Part shown: piece after piece, positions 26,198 to 40,300 of the stretch
Position numbering within the stretch: position 1 is the stretch's first letter
How the letters are laid out: each line of letters opens with the position of its first letter
Assembly (NCBI GenBank): GCA_051362555.1
Contig: CM120640.1
Span: forward strand, 47,718,788 to 47,782,787
From: Lingula anatina
Taxonomy: Eukaryota; Animalia; Brachiopoda
Direction of reading: 5' to 3'
DNA length: 64,000 nt
The notes under the pieces: generated by a model
Database searches by the model: none
What the model saw: the letters and a program-made list of their open reading frames with translations, nothing else
Told to the model about the DNA's origin: nothing
Position numbers and translations under genes: made by a program

Positions 26198-29100
26198 TCA
26201 TTTTACATCTGCAATAATCTGATCCACTTGGTCCCAGTCAATAACACTCATTATGCTGCCACTGCTGACAGAAGCCAGGTCTGTCATTGTTGCGGCGCCC
26301 TCTATATCTGCTATGTCCACAGCATTGGTATAGTCTGCTCCAGTCAAATAGTCCAGGTCATCAGACTCTGCATAAACACTGGCACCCTTGATAAATAAAG
26401 CAAAAAGAATAGTTACCCACACTTTTATTGTAAGTAAAACTTGAACATAATATGCAAAAGCAATGACACATCCAAGCATACCCAGCCTCCAAAGTTTCTG
26501 ATAGCAACACCAAATAAAATGTACAATTGGGGATAAGATCAAGATATGAAGTTTCAAATTCATGGCTTGATATGTGATATGTGGCAACGCAAAAATGAAA
26601 AATATGGGGACAATTAAAATTATCATAATAAAATCAAACTTGAGATACTGTATGTATAAATTATACGGAAATCTTGAAATAATATTCAAAATAAAACATA
26701 GACTTACTCCTGCTGCGATGCCTTCCTGACCATCATAAAGAATTCTTTTAACATCCTCATCTACACTCCAGGGACTGACCACAGAGTCTGCTTCAGATAT
26801 GTCTGGCTCAGATACTGGACGGTACGGGTCAGCATAGGGACGTGGCCGGACTAGACTGCGTAAGGGTGGGGTCTGGTACTGTCTGCTAGGTGTGGGCGCT
26901 TAAAAAAACGGGAAATTACAAAATGAATAATGAAGGATAAAATACTGATCCACTTATTGATATGAAGACTTTAAAAGAAACTTTCAACATGGCAAAATAA
27001 TATTAATTTTTCTACAGGCATCACTGACTTACCACCAATGACACAGACATGACATTAGTGCAAAGACTAACCACAAAAATTAAAGAGAATCAGACAAAAC
27101 CAAAATGTGGCCTCACAATTTGGAATGATTTGTCCAGAGGAGATCTAATAGATGTGGATTGCTCCCCTTCAGGGAAAGGAGTAATTTTTTTCTGTTAACT
27201 TGTCAAAATCATTCAAAATATTTGTTAAGCATGATTTGAGAAGTCTATTGTTCTAATTCTAGTACTTACAATAGGCAGCCCTGTATGTTCCATGTGGTGC
27301 CTTGGCTTGCAGTTCCTGTAGCTGCTGTGAATAGGTCTTAGGTTTGTGGGCAGGCCTGTGAGATCTCAGGGATGGAGTGGTTCTTGGGGTTACAATCCCT
27401 GCTAAAATATAACATTTGAATTTGCAAATTAATAAAATATACTTTCAAGAAGTAAAATGAAGGAAAGGTGTATGGGAGATAATGTAAGTCATATCAATTC
27501 AAGAAAAAAAATATCCACAGTGTTTCCTAAAATAGATAACTAATTAATGATTTAAAAACACTACAGTGGAATGTTCATAGAAGTTACCCTCTACCAGGGC
27601 TACAGATTGATTTTTCATTAGATATTCATAGATCTGTCTCTGGTGAAACTGACGGCTACTCTCTGCATGTGAGGAAATGTACTCAGAGAAAATGTCTACA
27701 TAATAACAACTGTGGCCCTGGTAGAAGGTACATAAAAAGAACGGTATTATTAACAAGGGTCTTCTTTCCCCTCTCACAACACCAGTGAGCAGGATGCAAC
27801 ACATAGTCAAAGATCCAACACTCTAACCATCACTCACCAGAGGACCCTCTTCCAGTGTGTTTCTTGGGAGGAGAAAGTTGCTGTAGTTGTTGAGCATATG
27901 TGAGGGTATTTCTGCGAGGACCCCTCTCTGGACGGATACCATGCTGCCTGGACGGAGTGGTGTGAAGTGGTGTTGTTGCTGACAAACAAAGAAAGACAAG
28001 CATCAAGGTTTTGATATATTCTAAATCTTACAATGTGTGGAATGGTCAGCAGTATTTTTAATTCTAGAGTTCATGTAACATTTCAAAAAAGAGAACAGCA
28101 AAAAAATAAGAACAAATTTAAAAATAAAAACTGGTACATGTAAACAGTATCAGCCGGCCATTCTAACATTAGTATGCTGCATGATTATCAATACTGTTAG
28201 AAAAAATCCAGCATCAGTGAGTTCCTAAGAAATTCAGTCATATTTCTACCTCTAAGTCTCCTACTCTGAGGAGTGTCAGATCCTCTTCCTGGTGTGATAG
28301 TAGCAGGTTTTTTCATCTCCTGAAGTCTCTCCGTGTACGTCTTCACAACTCTTGGTGACTCTCTTACTTGTGTCTTCTGTAGACCCGGGATACGTTTTGT
28401 CCCTGAGAGAATATAAAGACATTCAATGTACCATCCGTTCTCTTTCCATTCTGAAAATACTTTTATCTACTGTTTATAAAGTAATCAACAGAGGTAAGTC
28501 AAAATGTGCAAGTGTAAATGAATAGAGATGGCAAACCCGTATAGTATTGGCCTTAAATGTGATTTCATAGAAAAAATCTATCAAAACTGGGAAAAAATAA
28601 ATTATTAAAAAACTCCCCTCAGCCACATATATTGATGTAATCATGTCTTCAAGCATTTATTAGAAGTTATGTTTAAACTGAATAATGAAATGTAATAAAA
28701 TGCAAACAAATATCAATATATAAAACATTCAAGAACAATAAAAAAATTATTTAAATATTTTCTTTTAAAAACTGCAAATTATCTTTTTCACAAACAAAAA
28801 GAAACTCGCTGCACACTTACCAAATAATCTTTGTAGAGATTTGAGGGAAGAACTTTTAGGTTTACTAATGGTCTGAGTGGCACCTAAGTAGTCCTGAGAT
28901 TTATCATGGGGGACTGGGGATGGTTTTCTTCTTGTTACTTCAGGTCTCTGAACTTTAACTAAATCAGTGTAAGATTTTATCACAGGCCTGTGGCCACTGG
29001 CCTCAGGCTTATGGACAACTTCCTCCGCCTCCCTAATGTCTGACAATTGCCCGGTGCCTTCATATGTCCTTGGTCTTGCCCAGGCATTAAATGTTTCTGG

Positions 29101-31296
29101 ACTCCCTTGGGGATATTTATGATAAATCATGTCATCATAGTTATCCTCTAGTGTAAGATAATCTTCAGAAGTGATAACCAATCTGTCTTGGTCTTGACCC
29201 TGCACTGCCCTCTGTCGGTTGGGTATAGAGTATCCTTGTCTACTACCAGGGGGTGCTGTAGCAGGTTTCTTCTTTTTTGTGGGTGTTCCTGCTGCTTTTG
29301 ATGTAGGTCTTCTTTGTCGTTTCTCAGTTCTCTCTGTGATTTCATGTTCTTCTTTTGGGAGGTCAAGTTTATCAGCAACAATGTCACTCATTAGCTGATG
29401 GGCCAGTTTTTCACGCTTCTCAGTAAATTCTTGCAGTCGCTGTTTCTTTTCTTCTTCTCGCTTTTTCTCAACAGTTTTGATCTCTTTGAAAGTAGATGTG
29501 GCCTGTCAGATAATAAAAAGAACCAATAAGGACTTATGTGGTAATCAGCACAGATTTAACCACATTTGTGTTTAACTGTGAAAAGAAAAATATTTCAAAA
29601 GAAAATTTCCTTCACTATTTTTATCTCTAGCAAGGTACTTTCCATGCAGATCACGTTTACCAGCATCTTCTAACAAAACTAACTAGAATGCCTTAATAGT
29701 AAAAAAATATAATCAATAATAAAATGACACCCAGACTCAAAAATGTACAGAACAATTTGCACATCCTTTCTGCTTTTAAGAACTTGGATAAAACAAAACA
29801 CTCAAAATTAGAGTCAAATGGTAAATTCTAATTTCTCACCATGACGGGGACACCTTCAGGAGGCTTGTAAGGTGTCCTCTCCCTTTCTCTCAATTCCTCT
29901 TTCTCCTTCTTGTACTGCTCCAGCCTCTCATGGCGTTTCTTAGCAGACCACTCATGTAGCTGTTTCCTTTTCTCAGGGCTCATTCTTCCCTTATCCCTGG
30001 GGGACGGCTTGTTGAATATGTCCTCCATCTGTTCTAGACTTAGATCTGTTGGAGGGAAGTCATCCCCTATGGTTAGCCTGTCAGATTTCCTGGAAAATAA
30101 TGTAAATCAAGATGGAAGTTATAACCACTGAAACTTGATTTCATTTTCAATTTTTGTGTGACAGTTGGTAGAAGTATTAGTGTGAATAAAAAGTGGATAA
30201 ATGGGATAAAATGCAGCATCATGCTTATGTTAAACAAAGAGTACACAACTAGCTTTGGCTCATCACAAAAATAACCTTTAACTTATGAGAAAATGTAAAT
30301 TGCTCATATACATATTGCTGAAGAATATTAAGAACCTTGTTAAAGAAATCTGAAACATGGAAGAGTGGTTTTTATGAACAGCTCCAAGAGAGTAACTGCA
30401 CAGTCATAGAACATGATCTAGCGTCTATACTATTACACAAAAGCACAACCAAGAAAGTCCATTAAGATCTATATGAGCATTGACAGATCACTCATTTGAA
30501 GAATAATCACTGTGCTTGGAGCTGTATGCTGAACAGCAAGACCTTTTCCTTGGAGAAAAGTCAGGGTTAATGTACATTTAAGGTGAAATAAAGAGCCAAC
30601 TCTGACTGCATTAATTTCCAAAAAACAAGACTGCAAGGGATAGATAACAACATTTAGGTGCCACTGGAGTGGATTTGAACACCGCACTATATGTACTCTA
30701 ATACTGTTGACAAGTATAATTACACAGAGGTATGGCTCCACTGGACTAATTAATCAACCATGATGTCCTCCCAGCACCAATCAGGGCTTACCAAATAGGC
30801 CCAAACAGGCAATTCATAAGGAGTCGTTGTGGATGATAATGCCTTTTGTTTCAAAACTGACATACTTGTATATCATACCACTTTCTCTGCATTTAAGTCT
30901 TATTTTCCAATAACAAGATCAAAATATGGCAATGCATGTCACAAATAAATATTTCTGTTCCTTGCACCTTCAGTTTGATAAATTTACCTCATTATATAAT
31001 AAAATAAGTACTGCTATTAATGTAAATGCATATTTCACAGAAAAAAATCTCCCCCAAAAGTTTTCAAGACATTTTTATCTCACGCTAATCAACTTCTTCG
31101 CCAGTGAACAAACTCCATTGCTTCCCCCTCCTCCAACTCATACCGATCCTAATCCAATATCCATATACTCAGAAACCTGCACACTCATCTTGCATAATTT
31201 TAATACGTTTTTACTCTCCCCCCTCCCAAATTAAACCTAATCAATAGCCTGATAAAACAGATGCATGGTTGACTCTACTATATTTAAAAATAATAA

Positions 31297-31355
<59 letters not shown>

Positions 31356-34300
31356 AACAAAGATAATTATTTGAAAATAAAACCAAATAATAACGTTTCA
31401 GCTAAAGCATGATTCATCTGACAAAAACCATCAGCAGCCAAGCTTTACCTGATATTCAACTTGTGCATTAGCTGGCACAGTCTCTCCTGTGCCCCTGACA
31501 TACATATCAGCCAGCCCATCTAATACCATCAAACATAGCACTGATGCTCTAATACACTGTGATCCAATCTAGCCCATCTCTCCTATAAACCTTGGCTTTT
31601 ATTTCACATGCAAAACCTTTCAAGGCGTCCTTTCAAGGACGGGTGGAGCCACAGGTAAGAGTACAGTGTTAATCTGCCCAGTGTTCAATATCAATGTCTT
31701 TGTTTAACTGTCATTTCTTTCAGGTCAAATGGTAACTTGAGACCTTTAAGCAATTTGCGTTCAATTCAGGTCAGGTATGTGATGTTTCTTATTTTTTTCT
31801 AAATTCGCTTATGAATAATTATTTAATGATAAATGCTTGTTGCATATGACAATCTGTTGTCAAAGCAACTAAAACAAGAATATAAACAATATGTGATATG
31901 CCTAATGCTTTGCTTATCTTCTCTTAAACCTAGCAGTTTAGCTTTAAATGACACAAATATTTGTTAAAAGTTATTTTCTGTTAATGTAACATTTTTGAAT
32001 CAGATGTATGTTTGAATGTTTTGAACTCTTGTTTGAAGAAAATGAAAAAACATTTAATGAAATTGCAACCAAAACCAACTACTTAAACACTAAGAAAGAA
32101 AAAATACACAGACCAATAAATTCACATTAAAATCTTACACGTATACAGGTAGCTGAAGTTTAAGGCAATAATTGCTTTTGAACCTAATAAATAACAAGTG
32201 ACGGTTTATTTAAGAAAATGTTCAAGGCAAGAAAAAAGCATTTATCAATAGGCAAATGTTTTGCATACACTCATAAATTACTTAGTATAACTATATTTCA
32301 AGTGCTGCAACCATGAGTGGGTTGATGAGTTTTGCTGTTAGAAGAATAGGAATCTCCCTGTAGCTGGCTATTTGGCATTCAGTCCAATCCACTAAATATA
32401 AGATACAAAAAGGTAAATCTTTTACACAACATTTTCATGGCCAGATTGTGTACCCAATCCCCATTTCGTTGGCTAAAGCCACTACTTATGACACTCCAAG
32501 TTACATTGTCTGACTTGAACAAAGCCAGGAATCAACCAGAAAATCCTTCACACCAACTTCAGGCACTTAGCCAATAAACACTATTTAATCTGGTCCATAA
32601 TCAGCTAAAGGAAGCAAAAAAAGAAAACACTCAATCCAAAAGATTTAAAAAAATCCAATCTGTGACTGTCACATAAGCAGTCACTAAACTACAATCGATC
32701 CAATGTTACTAAAAATAAGCACATGTTAGTATGTGATGTTAGAGTGTAATGACTCATGGGTAGCCAGGCAACAAGTAGTAAATGTTTTTCCTCATTCATT
32801 AATCTAACTGTATCTGCTGTCACCCAACAGAATGATACACCTACTATGTATGCAGACACATGCAGAATAAAGAGTAATTGTTAAGTCCCAAGTCAAAAGA
32901 TCCTTTCCAATGAAATTTTCTCTAGAAACATGGTCAAGGGGGAGGGGGAGGGGGGGGGGGGGTAATATAACCACCATCACTACACATTAATCACTGACAT
33001 TTTTTTCTGTCTATCTAAGTGAAGCCAATCAATTGTTATACAGTTTACAAAGAAGGCTTTCCCCATGTCAAGTACCCAAATACATCCATCTAAACAGAAC
33101 TATGCTGTCCTTTAGTAATTACTTGAAAAAAGAAAAAATTAGTCTTAAATATTTATTTCTCAATACTACTAGTAAGAAGCACTTTTGTTTTACACTCTCT
33201 TATAAATAATTACTGGCTCACATTGCACTCAGGATGATAAAAAGGCGTCAGTGTTGACAAAATGATTTATATTGTATGTCAGACAGAAAAACAGAGGCAC
33301 CATTAACTCCTTATTACTATGGGGACAGGCAGTAAATATTTCCCCACGCGCTTAACACCCCCTCTTCACCTCAAGACATCTAAAAGAAATTTAACACCTG
33401 AATTGACTCCTACTGTTTACCAAAAGTTTATAGACACAACAACAAGGGCTTGTTATAGCATTTTTACAGCAGAAGTTAATTGATGAGTCAATATTATGTT
33501 ACTTTAAACACTGTAAGAAGAATGATAATAGGAATAAACCTTCGAAACATGTATCTGTCAAAAAAAAAAAAAAAAAAAATCAAACCTGTGATCCACTTTA
33601 AAATTACCAGTGATGCTGCACAATGTTTTACTTTTGAAGTTTTGTAGTAGATGACAATTGCTGTAAGCTATAATTCTCATTTAACAAAATTATTTTCATA
33701 GATAAACATTTGAAAAAATATATAAAGCTTGTGAAGCTAGGGATGTGTCATCAATGTACAGCTTTAACTATAACTCTGTACTGTCTGTAGTGAATACCAA
33801 TGGACTAAATATAACAGAGATATAGATAGCATGTTTACCTGAAATTGGTAAATACACAGTGCAAAAAATCCTTTTTTAATTGTCATGTAAGCATCTGATT
33901 AAATTTTTATCATTCAGTCATCTTAGCAATGCTGAATATTAAACTAAAACACATGCCTTATCAGTTAGGAATTTATTAAAACAAACACTCACTTTGCTTT
34001 GTCAGCCATTCGTTTGGCCTCAGTTTGGGACAGCCCCAGCTCCTCTGCACCGACCTCGCCTTCGTTAAGCAGCTCCCCTATGATATCACTGACTCCACTG
34101 ACACCAGTTAAATCTTTCGTACTGTCAGCTTTTTCTTCCTCCTCTGCTATGGACCTGTTTATGGATTTATAGATGGGTGAGCCATTAAGTTTATATCACA
34201 GATATTTGATACTGATAATGACGTGAGCAGATATAAAGAATCAGTTGAGTCGGTGGTAAGGTGGTGCAAGAGTAATGATCTTATTTTGAACGTAGCTGAA

Positions 34301-37300
34301 ATCAAAGAAATGATAGTGGATTTAAGAAGGAATCATTGATAATGTTGAAGTAAGTAGGGTAGGGGAGTTTAAACTACTTGGCATACGTCTGAATAGTAAA
34401 CTGAATTGGAAAGATAATATCCCGAAGAATGTAAAGAAGGCACGGTGAAGACTGTATTTTTTAAGATCACTCAAAACTTTAAGTGATAGTGTGCCTATTT
34501 TAGTTAACTATTACAGGTGTGTGATTGAAAGTATCCTGACTCACAGAGTCACAATCTGGTATAGCGGGACTACTGAGGAGGAAAGGAATAAACTAACTGT
34601 AAGTAAGATTATCGGGCAGGACCTCCCCAAGCTGGATGATATTTTTAAAGACAGAATGGAGAAAAAAACTGTTAACACCATGAAAGACTCTTTTCACTCA
34701 GCATCATCATCACTTTTTACATTTTTACCAAGCAGTAGTAGACTTTTAAAGTCAGTAAACACTTTTTAAACAGCTTTTATCTAAGAGCAGTAACACATTT
34801 TAATTTGATCTCTAAACCAAATTGTTATTTTATCTATTGTATTACTTTTACTCTGTATATTATCAAACTTGCTCCAAAAGGAAAATTATTTCAGATTTTT
34901 ATAATTGGCTAAATAAACTCTTATCTTATTTCTAATACATGGGAGAACATTTATGTCTTATTTCATCTTCTTAAGATATAATGTTGAATGCAAAGTCAAT
35001 GCATTTAAATGTAATGTATGGCTAAATTTTTCAAGTTTTGAAAAAATATCAATGCTGTTAGTGTAAGTCTATTTGTGGTATTTATTTCTATAATTCTTCA
35101 TTTCTTGTGAACTCAGACAGATATATACTCACCTCTGATGTTGATCTCTCTTGCCCAGTCTTTCTCTTATAGCATGTATCCTATCCTCATTGGTCAAGCC
35201 ATCTTCAACTGCTCTTTCCTGATTAAAACACACATTTTCATGTTGTTATATATCATCTCTAGGAGCAATAACCTTAACCTCTAGAACCCGAGTATTACTT
35301 TTTCAGATGTATTCATTCTCATAAATTATCAAATTGTACATATTATAAAGCTACATACCTCGTCAGCCTGGACAGTGGACATCTGGTCATCAGACCTCAT
35401 CCTTTTCACATCAGATGGCCTCAGAGGGACAGGTGGCTCCAAGGAGTCACCAGGCACCTGCTGGGGTTGTTGAGCTACTCTGGCTGGGGGATATTCTGAC
35501 TGGCGTGTTTCTGGTGTTAGTGCCTCTCCAAGGCTTTCTACAGTGTGCAGCAGCTGAAGCGATACCAAATTTGTTTTTATTTGGAATTTGTTGGTGAAGG
35601 ATTTTAGAATTTGCTTTATCAAGCCAACAACCTACCAGTCTTGTGTTCTTGAAGTCAGTCTCCATGTTCTGTGACATGACATCAATGGCCTTCAGTTGCT
35701 GGTTCATCTCCTGTAGTCTTCTAGCTATACCTGCCTTGGACTGCTGCCTGCTCTGCTTGGATAACTCCACAGCCAGAGGTACCATCACCCTAGAATATGA
35801 ATGCACAAATAAAGTAAAATCCAGTGTCATCCAAATACAAAACACAAATATGATATCCTCCTTTATAAAAGCAAGTTATAAAAACAAGATAATCTTTTTG
35901 GGTTGGGGAGCAGGGGGGGGGGGGGTGTGTGTGTGTGTGACTTGTTTTAAGTTTTCAAAAGAAGAACACTACTATCAGATTATCCATTCAAGCAATGACC
36001 ACACAAATACCATAAGAAAAACCAAAGAAAAGGTGAAATTACAGACATGAAGTATATTTAAACTCCCATGAAAAGGAAGAGGTTTTCAATACTTACTCTT
36101 CTTCATTTCTATCCATTTGTGTTGGAGCCAGCATCCTTGACGTGAGTGGATCAGGCCCTGGAGATAGTTCCTCTGTAGATAATGGAACACAGAATGAAAT
36201 AAGTAGACATGAGAAATGATATTTTCTTAAAATGTTTACAACAAAATCTTTTGCACTAAAAATGTCAATTTTGCTGTAGTAAGTACAGATTTACAAGCAC
36301 TTACAACTGTTACATTACTTTTTAAATTAATTAGCTACTTATTTTTAATGTTACTAAAATTGCATTGTTTTAGAATTACCTGCATAACTCTTTTAATGTT
36401 TGTACAGTACGTTTAAAAGAAAAAGAGAGGTGAGACTTTAAAAATAATACCTTCATGCTATGTGTTTTAATCTGATTGCCAATAAATTTTAATCTGATTT
36501 CCTGGCAGAGGTACACCTCTGATCAGGATAGGAAAGCATCTAAGCTAGATCTAAATAAGCAAAAAAATCTATATCTCAAATCTTTCTTAATGTAGGACTG
36601 TAATCATATTAATTTCTCTCTACCTGTCCGTCTCCCGGGACTGTGAAGTAGAGATGACCTGATGGACGGTTTTGGGGGTGATGTCACTGTCGTATCCCTT
36701 TCTGGTATTTGATCTATGGGTCTCCTAGGTTCATCAACACTTCCTTTCTCCTGCACTGAGGCTATGAGGTCATCAATACTTGCCCCATCCATGTCTATGA
36801 CATTTATGTAAGAGCGACCCTGCCCTTTTCCCTGCAATGAGGGGAATTATTGTTATCTCGACTATATTCTCTTCAACATTTTGTTAAATGACCTTGTTTA
36901 AGGTTAAGCAACACAACATTTAACTAGGTATGTGATCTATAAACAAATAAGCTGATGAAACTGGAGAAAAATGTATAACATGGCATCCATACACTTACCC
37001 CAGTGGAAGGTGCCCTGTGATCAGCACTGTCTCCATCTATATCACCAAACCTCAGACCAAGGAAGATGTCAGGTGGCAACATGGAAGGTCTAGTGGCCCT
37101 GAAGTAGTCATCTACTGCCTCCTTCACTGGGTCTGTACCTTAAAGATGCATACAAAGTCAATTTTTTGTCACAAAAACCAACCAAATGCCAGCATATCGT
37201 TTCAAGTAGTATAACTAAAAAAATTACCAAAAGGCATTGTGTAATTTTACTCAAAAATGATGTTTGAACAGATTTTTCTGCTGGCATTCTAAGCTGTATG

Positions 37301-40300
37301 TCAATGGGGCAGGAAAGTAGGTCACGGAAGTAGGTTAAATTTACAACCATAAATTTACAGAAAGGAGCAGTCTAAAGGTCTTTTATGGCTGATGGAGTGA
37401 TCTATTCAGTTTTTCCCTTGGCATGTCGAATTTATTTGAGTCATATAAGAATCTAGTAGAAGTGGTTTACATCTGTTACTGGGAATCCACACTCCACCGA
37501 TGCTCGGTTCGTATGTACCTTTAAAATAAAATACAGGCTAGATAAGCCTTACATTTATCTTCATAATAACGTGCTTCTACGTGTGATGTAAAAGAAAATA
37601 CATAGTTATGTAATGCATTCAGAGGAGCAGATGCATGTTTATATTCCTTCCTTTTTCTTAATATACCCAATGTGGTTACCTGTATCTCTGGTGATACTGG
37701 TGGCAGCCTCTGCAGTATATCTTGGTTCTTCTTCCCAGTGTTCTGTCATGGTCCCACTGTCTGCCAGGTCTGTGGTCATGGTGGCAAACTCTACCTTCTG
37801 AAATAGACATGTACCTTTCAGATGCTGGTTGCAATCCTTGCACTCACATGTGTGTATGCAAGCAGATGCATCTGAAAATCATTGTTTATCATTTCTGCAA
37901 ACCTCTTTTTAGTTTGTATTCAAATTTCATTTGCATCAAGTACTTGTCTGTCAGTAGTTTCAAAATAATTTTGATCATACCTTTCTTGGTTTAACGCCCT
38001 GAGTTGCTTTATAGTGGAGGGAAGCATTTGTGGGCTGACTGTCTGCAGAAGGATGATCTAAGTAATGATCAAAAGTTCCTGAAAGTGTGTAAAATTGAAA
38101 TAAATAAAATAATTTGAAATAAACATGATGGAAAAAGAAAATTATGCAATAAAGCTACTGGACAAAATAATGAATAACAATATTTCATTTGGTTTGGGAA
38201 ACATTCAAATTGCAATTCCGTAAATAATTTGTTAACAATATGATTTTTAACAAAGGCTATCTAACAATGATTTTCTGTGATGCATGGATAATTCCACTGC
38301 AGTTTTATATGGTTTCATTTACTGATAGTACAGATGTTATAGTCTGTCAATATTTCCATTATACCAGGTGGAATGGCAAATCCACTGTGAATGTTCAGGA
38401 CTGTCTCCTCATCTGCTTCTTCTGTCTGGACAGCAGAGGATGACACAGTGACTCTGATTGGCTGCTGAGATGAAGAAGTATCAACAGTTTTGGTTGGTGG
38501 AACTTCTGTGGTCCTTGGTGTCACACGTATCACATTGCTCGGGAGAGAAATCTAAAGAGACAAACATTCAGTTTTGCAGAAATCTTACAAGAGACTTGTC
38601 TTCTGATAGACCCTGCTTGTTGTATGTTTTGAATCTGTAAGCCATAAGAATACAATCATAAGCCATAAGCCACAAGAACACAACACTTAATCACATCCTA
38701 TTCCATCTATGCTATTATATCAAAACTGGTAAATTACAGTTAATTAACATTAGCACATCTTTTGTTTTCACTAAATAAATAACTTCTGCCAAACTAAGGA
38801 CAAAGTGGCCAATACAGAAATTTTTGCATTTTCTTTAAAAAGTAGCATGTATTCGGGAAAATTGCTAAGTAGCATAAACCTTGTAACTGTTCACTGTTTT
38901 AAATTACAAAGTCAACTGGAAGGAATACAAACCTGTTCAGACTCAGTGCTACTAGCATCTTTAATTTCTTTTTTCTTCTGTCTTCTTTTTTTCCTAAAAT
39001 AATCACAAAAAATACAAATATAGACTTGTTGTTAAACATTAACTAATCACAAATACTTTCATGTTAAAAGTTAACAAGTGATCCCAACCACAAAGGGAAA
39101 TAGCTATTTATCCTCAATAACATTAAAAACAATATGAAACTTAAAAAAAAATATTACTTGGCTTACAATTTAATCTTGTTGATGATGTTGTGTCTCCCAA
39201 TACTGTATATTTGGGTAGTAGTGATTTCCAATCTAGCCTTTACCTCTTAATATCATTTCTTCTCTCCATTTCAAAAAATTCTTCTTTCTTCTCCAGTTGA
39301 TCTTGTTGGTCCCTATTGGTGAGATGGTCAAAATCAACTTTTAACAACACTGATCCAAGCTCCCTCTGCTGGTTTTGAGCATGCTGAGTCATTGCCTGCC
39401 TTTGGAAAGCCTTGAGGTGTTCCTGTTTCAACAGCTCTTTTTGTCTTTTCTGTTGTTCATATTCTATCAAAGTCTCAGCAGGTACACCAGGATAGATGGC
39501 GCCACTGTCTCTGGCTCCAAGAAAGCGATGGGGACCCATGGGGTGGTCATCAGTCAGGTGAAGCAGCTGGATGCCTAGGCGCTGAGATAGTGGGTGTGTG
39601 CTGCCATTATGGACCTGTGGTGCAGTCATGCTCACATTGGGAGGCCCGCTTTGTACTCTCATGTCTGAGCAAATACAAGGCAAAAGACATTCATAATTAT
39701 TATTCAGTATTTCTTTATGCAAAAAGCAATGAACAGGTTTCTCTTCTTTCAAAATCTGACCTCAAATGGCTAAGAAGCATTTCACTTAGGATATATTTCT
39801 TACCTTCAGCATACTGTCTGACATCATGAGGCAGAGATGATGGTGAAGGTCTTAAATAGCCCCTCATAAGCTGTGAGGCCTGATATGTGTCATCACGTCT
39901 CAGTATAGGCATAGGGGCATGAGTAGTGTACCCTTTTGGTTGCTGGGGACCTTCTGGAATCTGTGCAGGAAATTTGGGAAACCTCAACAACTGAGCATCT
40001 GTCTCTTTTTCAGCAGCAAGACGCAGCATGTTAGGAATTCTAGGCTGGCCTACAGATGAGATAAAATAAGGATAATAGATTTAACTTTGGAATATATACA
40101 TAAAAAGCTAGCTAAATCCACTCCCCCCACCCCTTCTTTTTTGCAACCTGTCACTTAAGGTTAGGATGTCTGACCTGGTCTAAAAATGACAATTAGTGAA
40201 TTGGAGTAAATGCACCTCTCTTACAATATTAAAAGGCAGTAAATCTTAAAGCATATTCCTGCTTATCATTACATTCATAGCTTGAACTCATCTTCCACAA

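Noticed and set aside
31449-31774. Possible extra CPLANE1 micro-exon (31449-31494) and + strand splice signals
   Set aside because: The flanking exons (ending 33993, starting 30089) already join in phase 2, and the 46-nt candidate would shift the frame. There is no other support.
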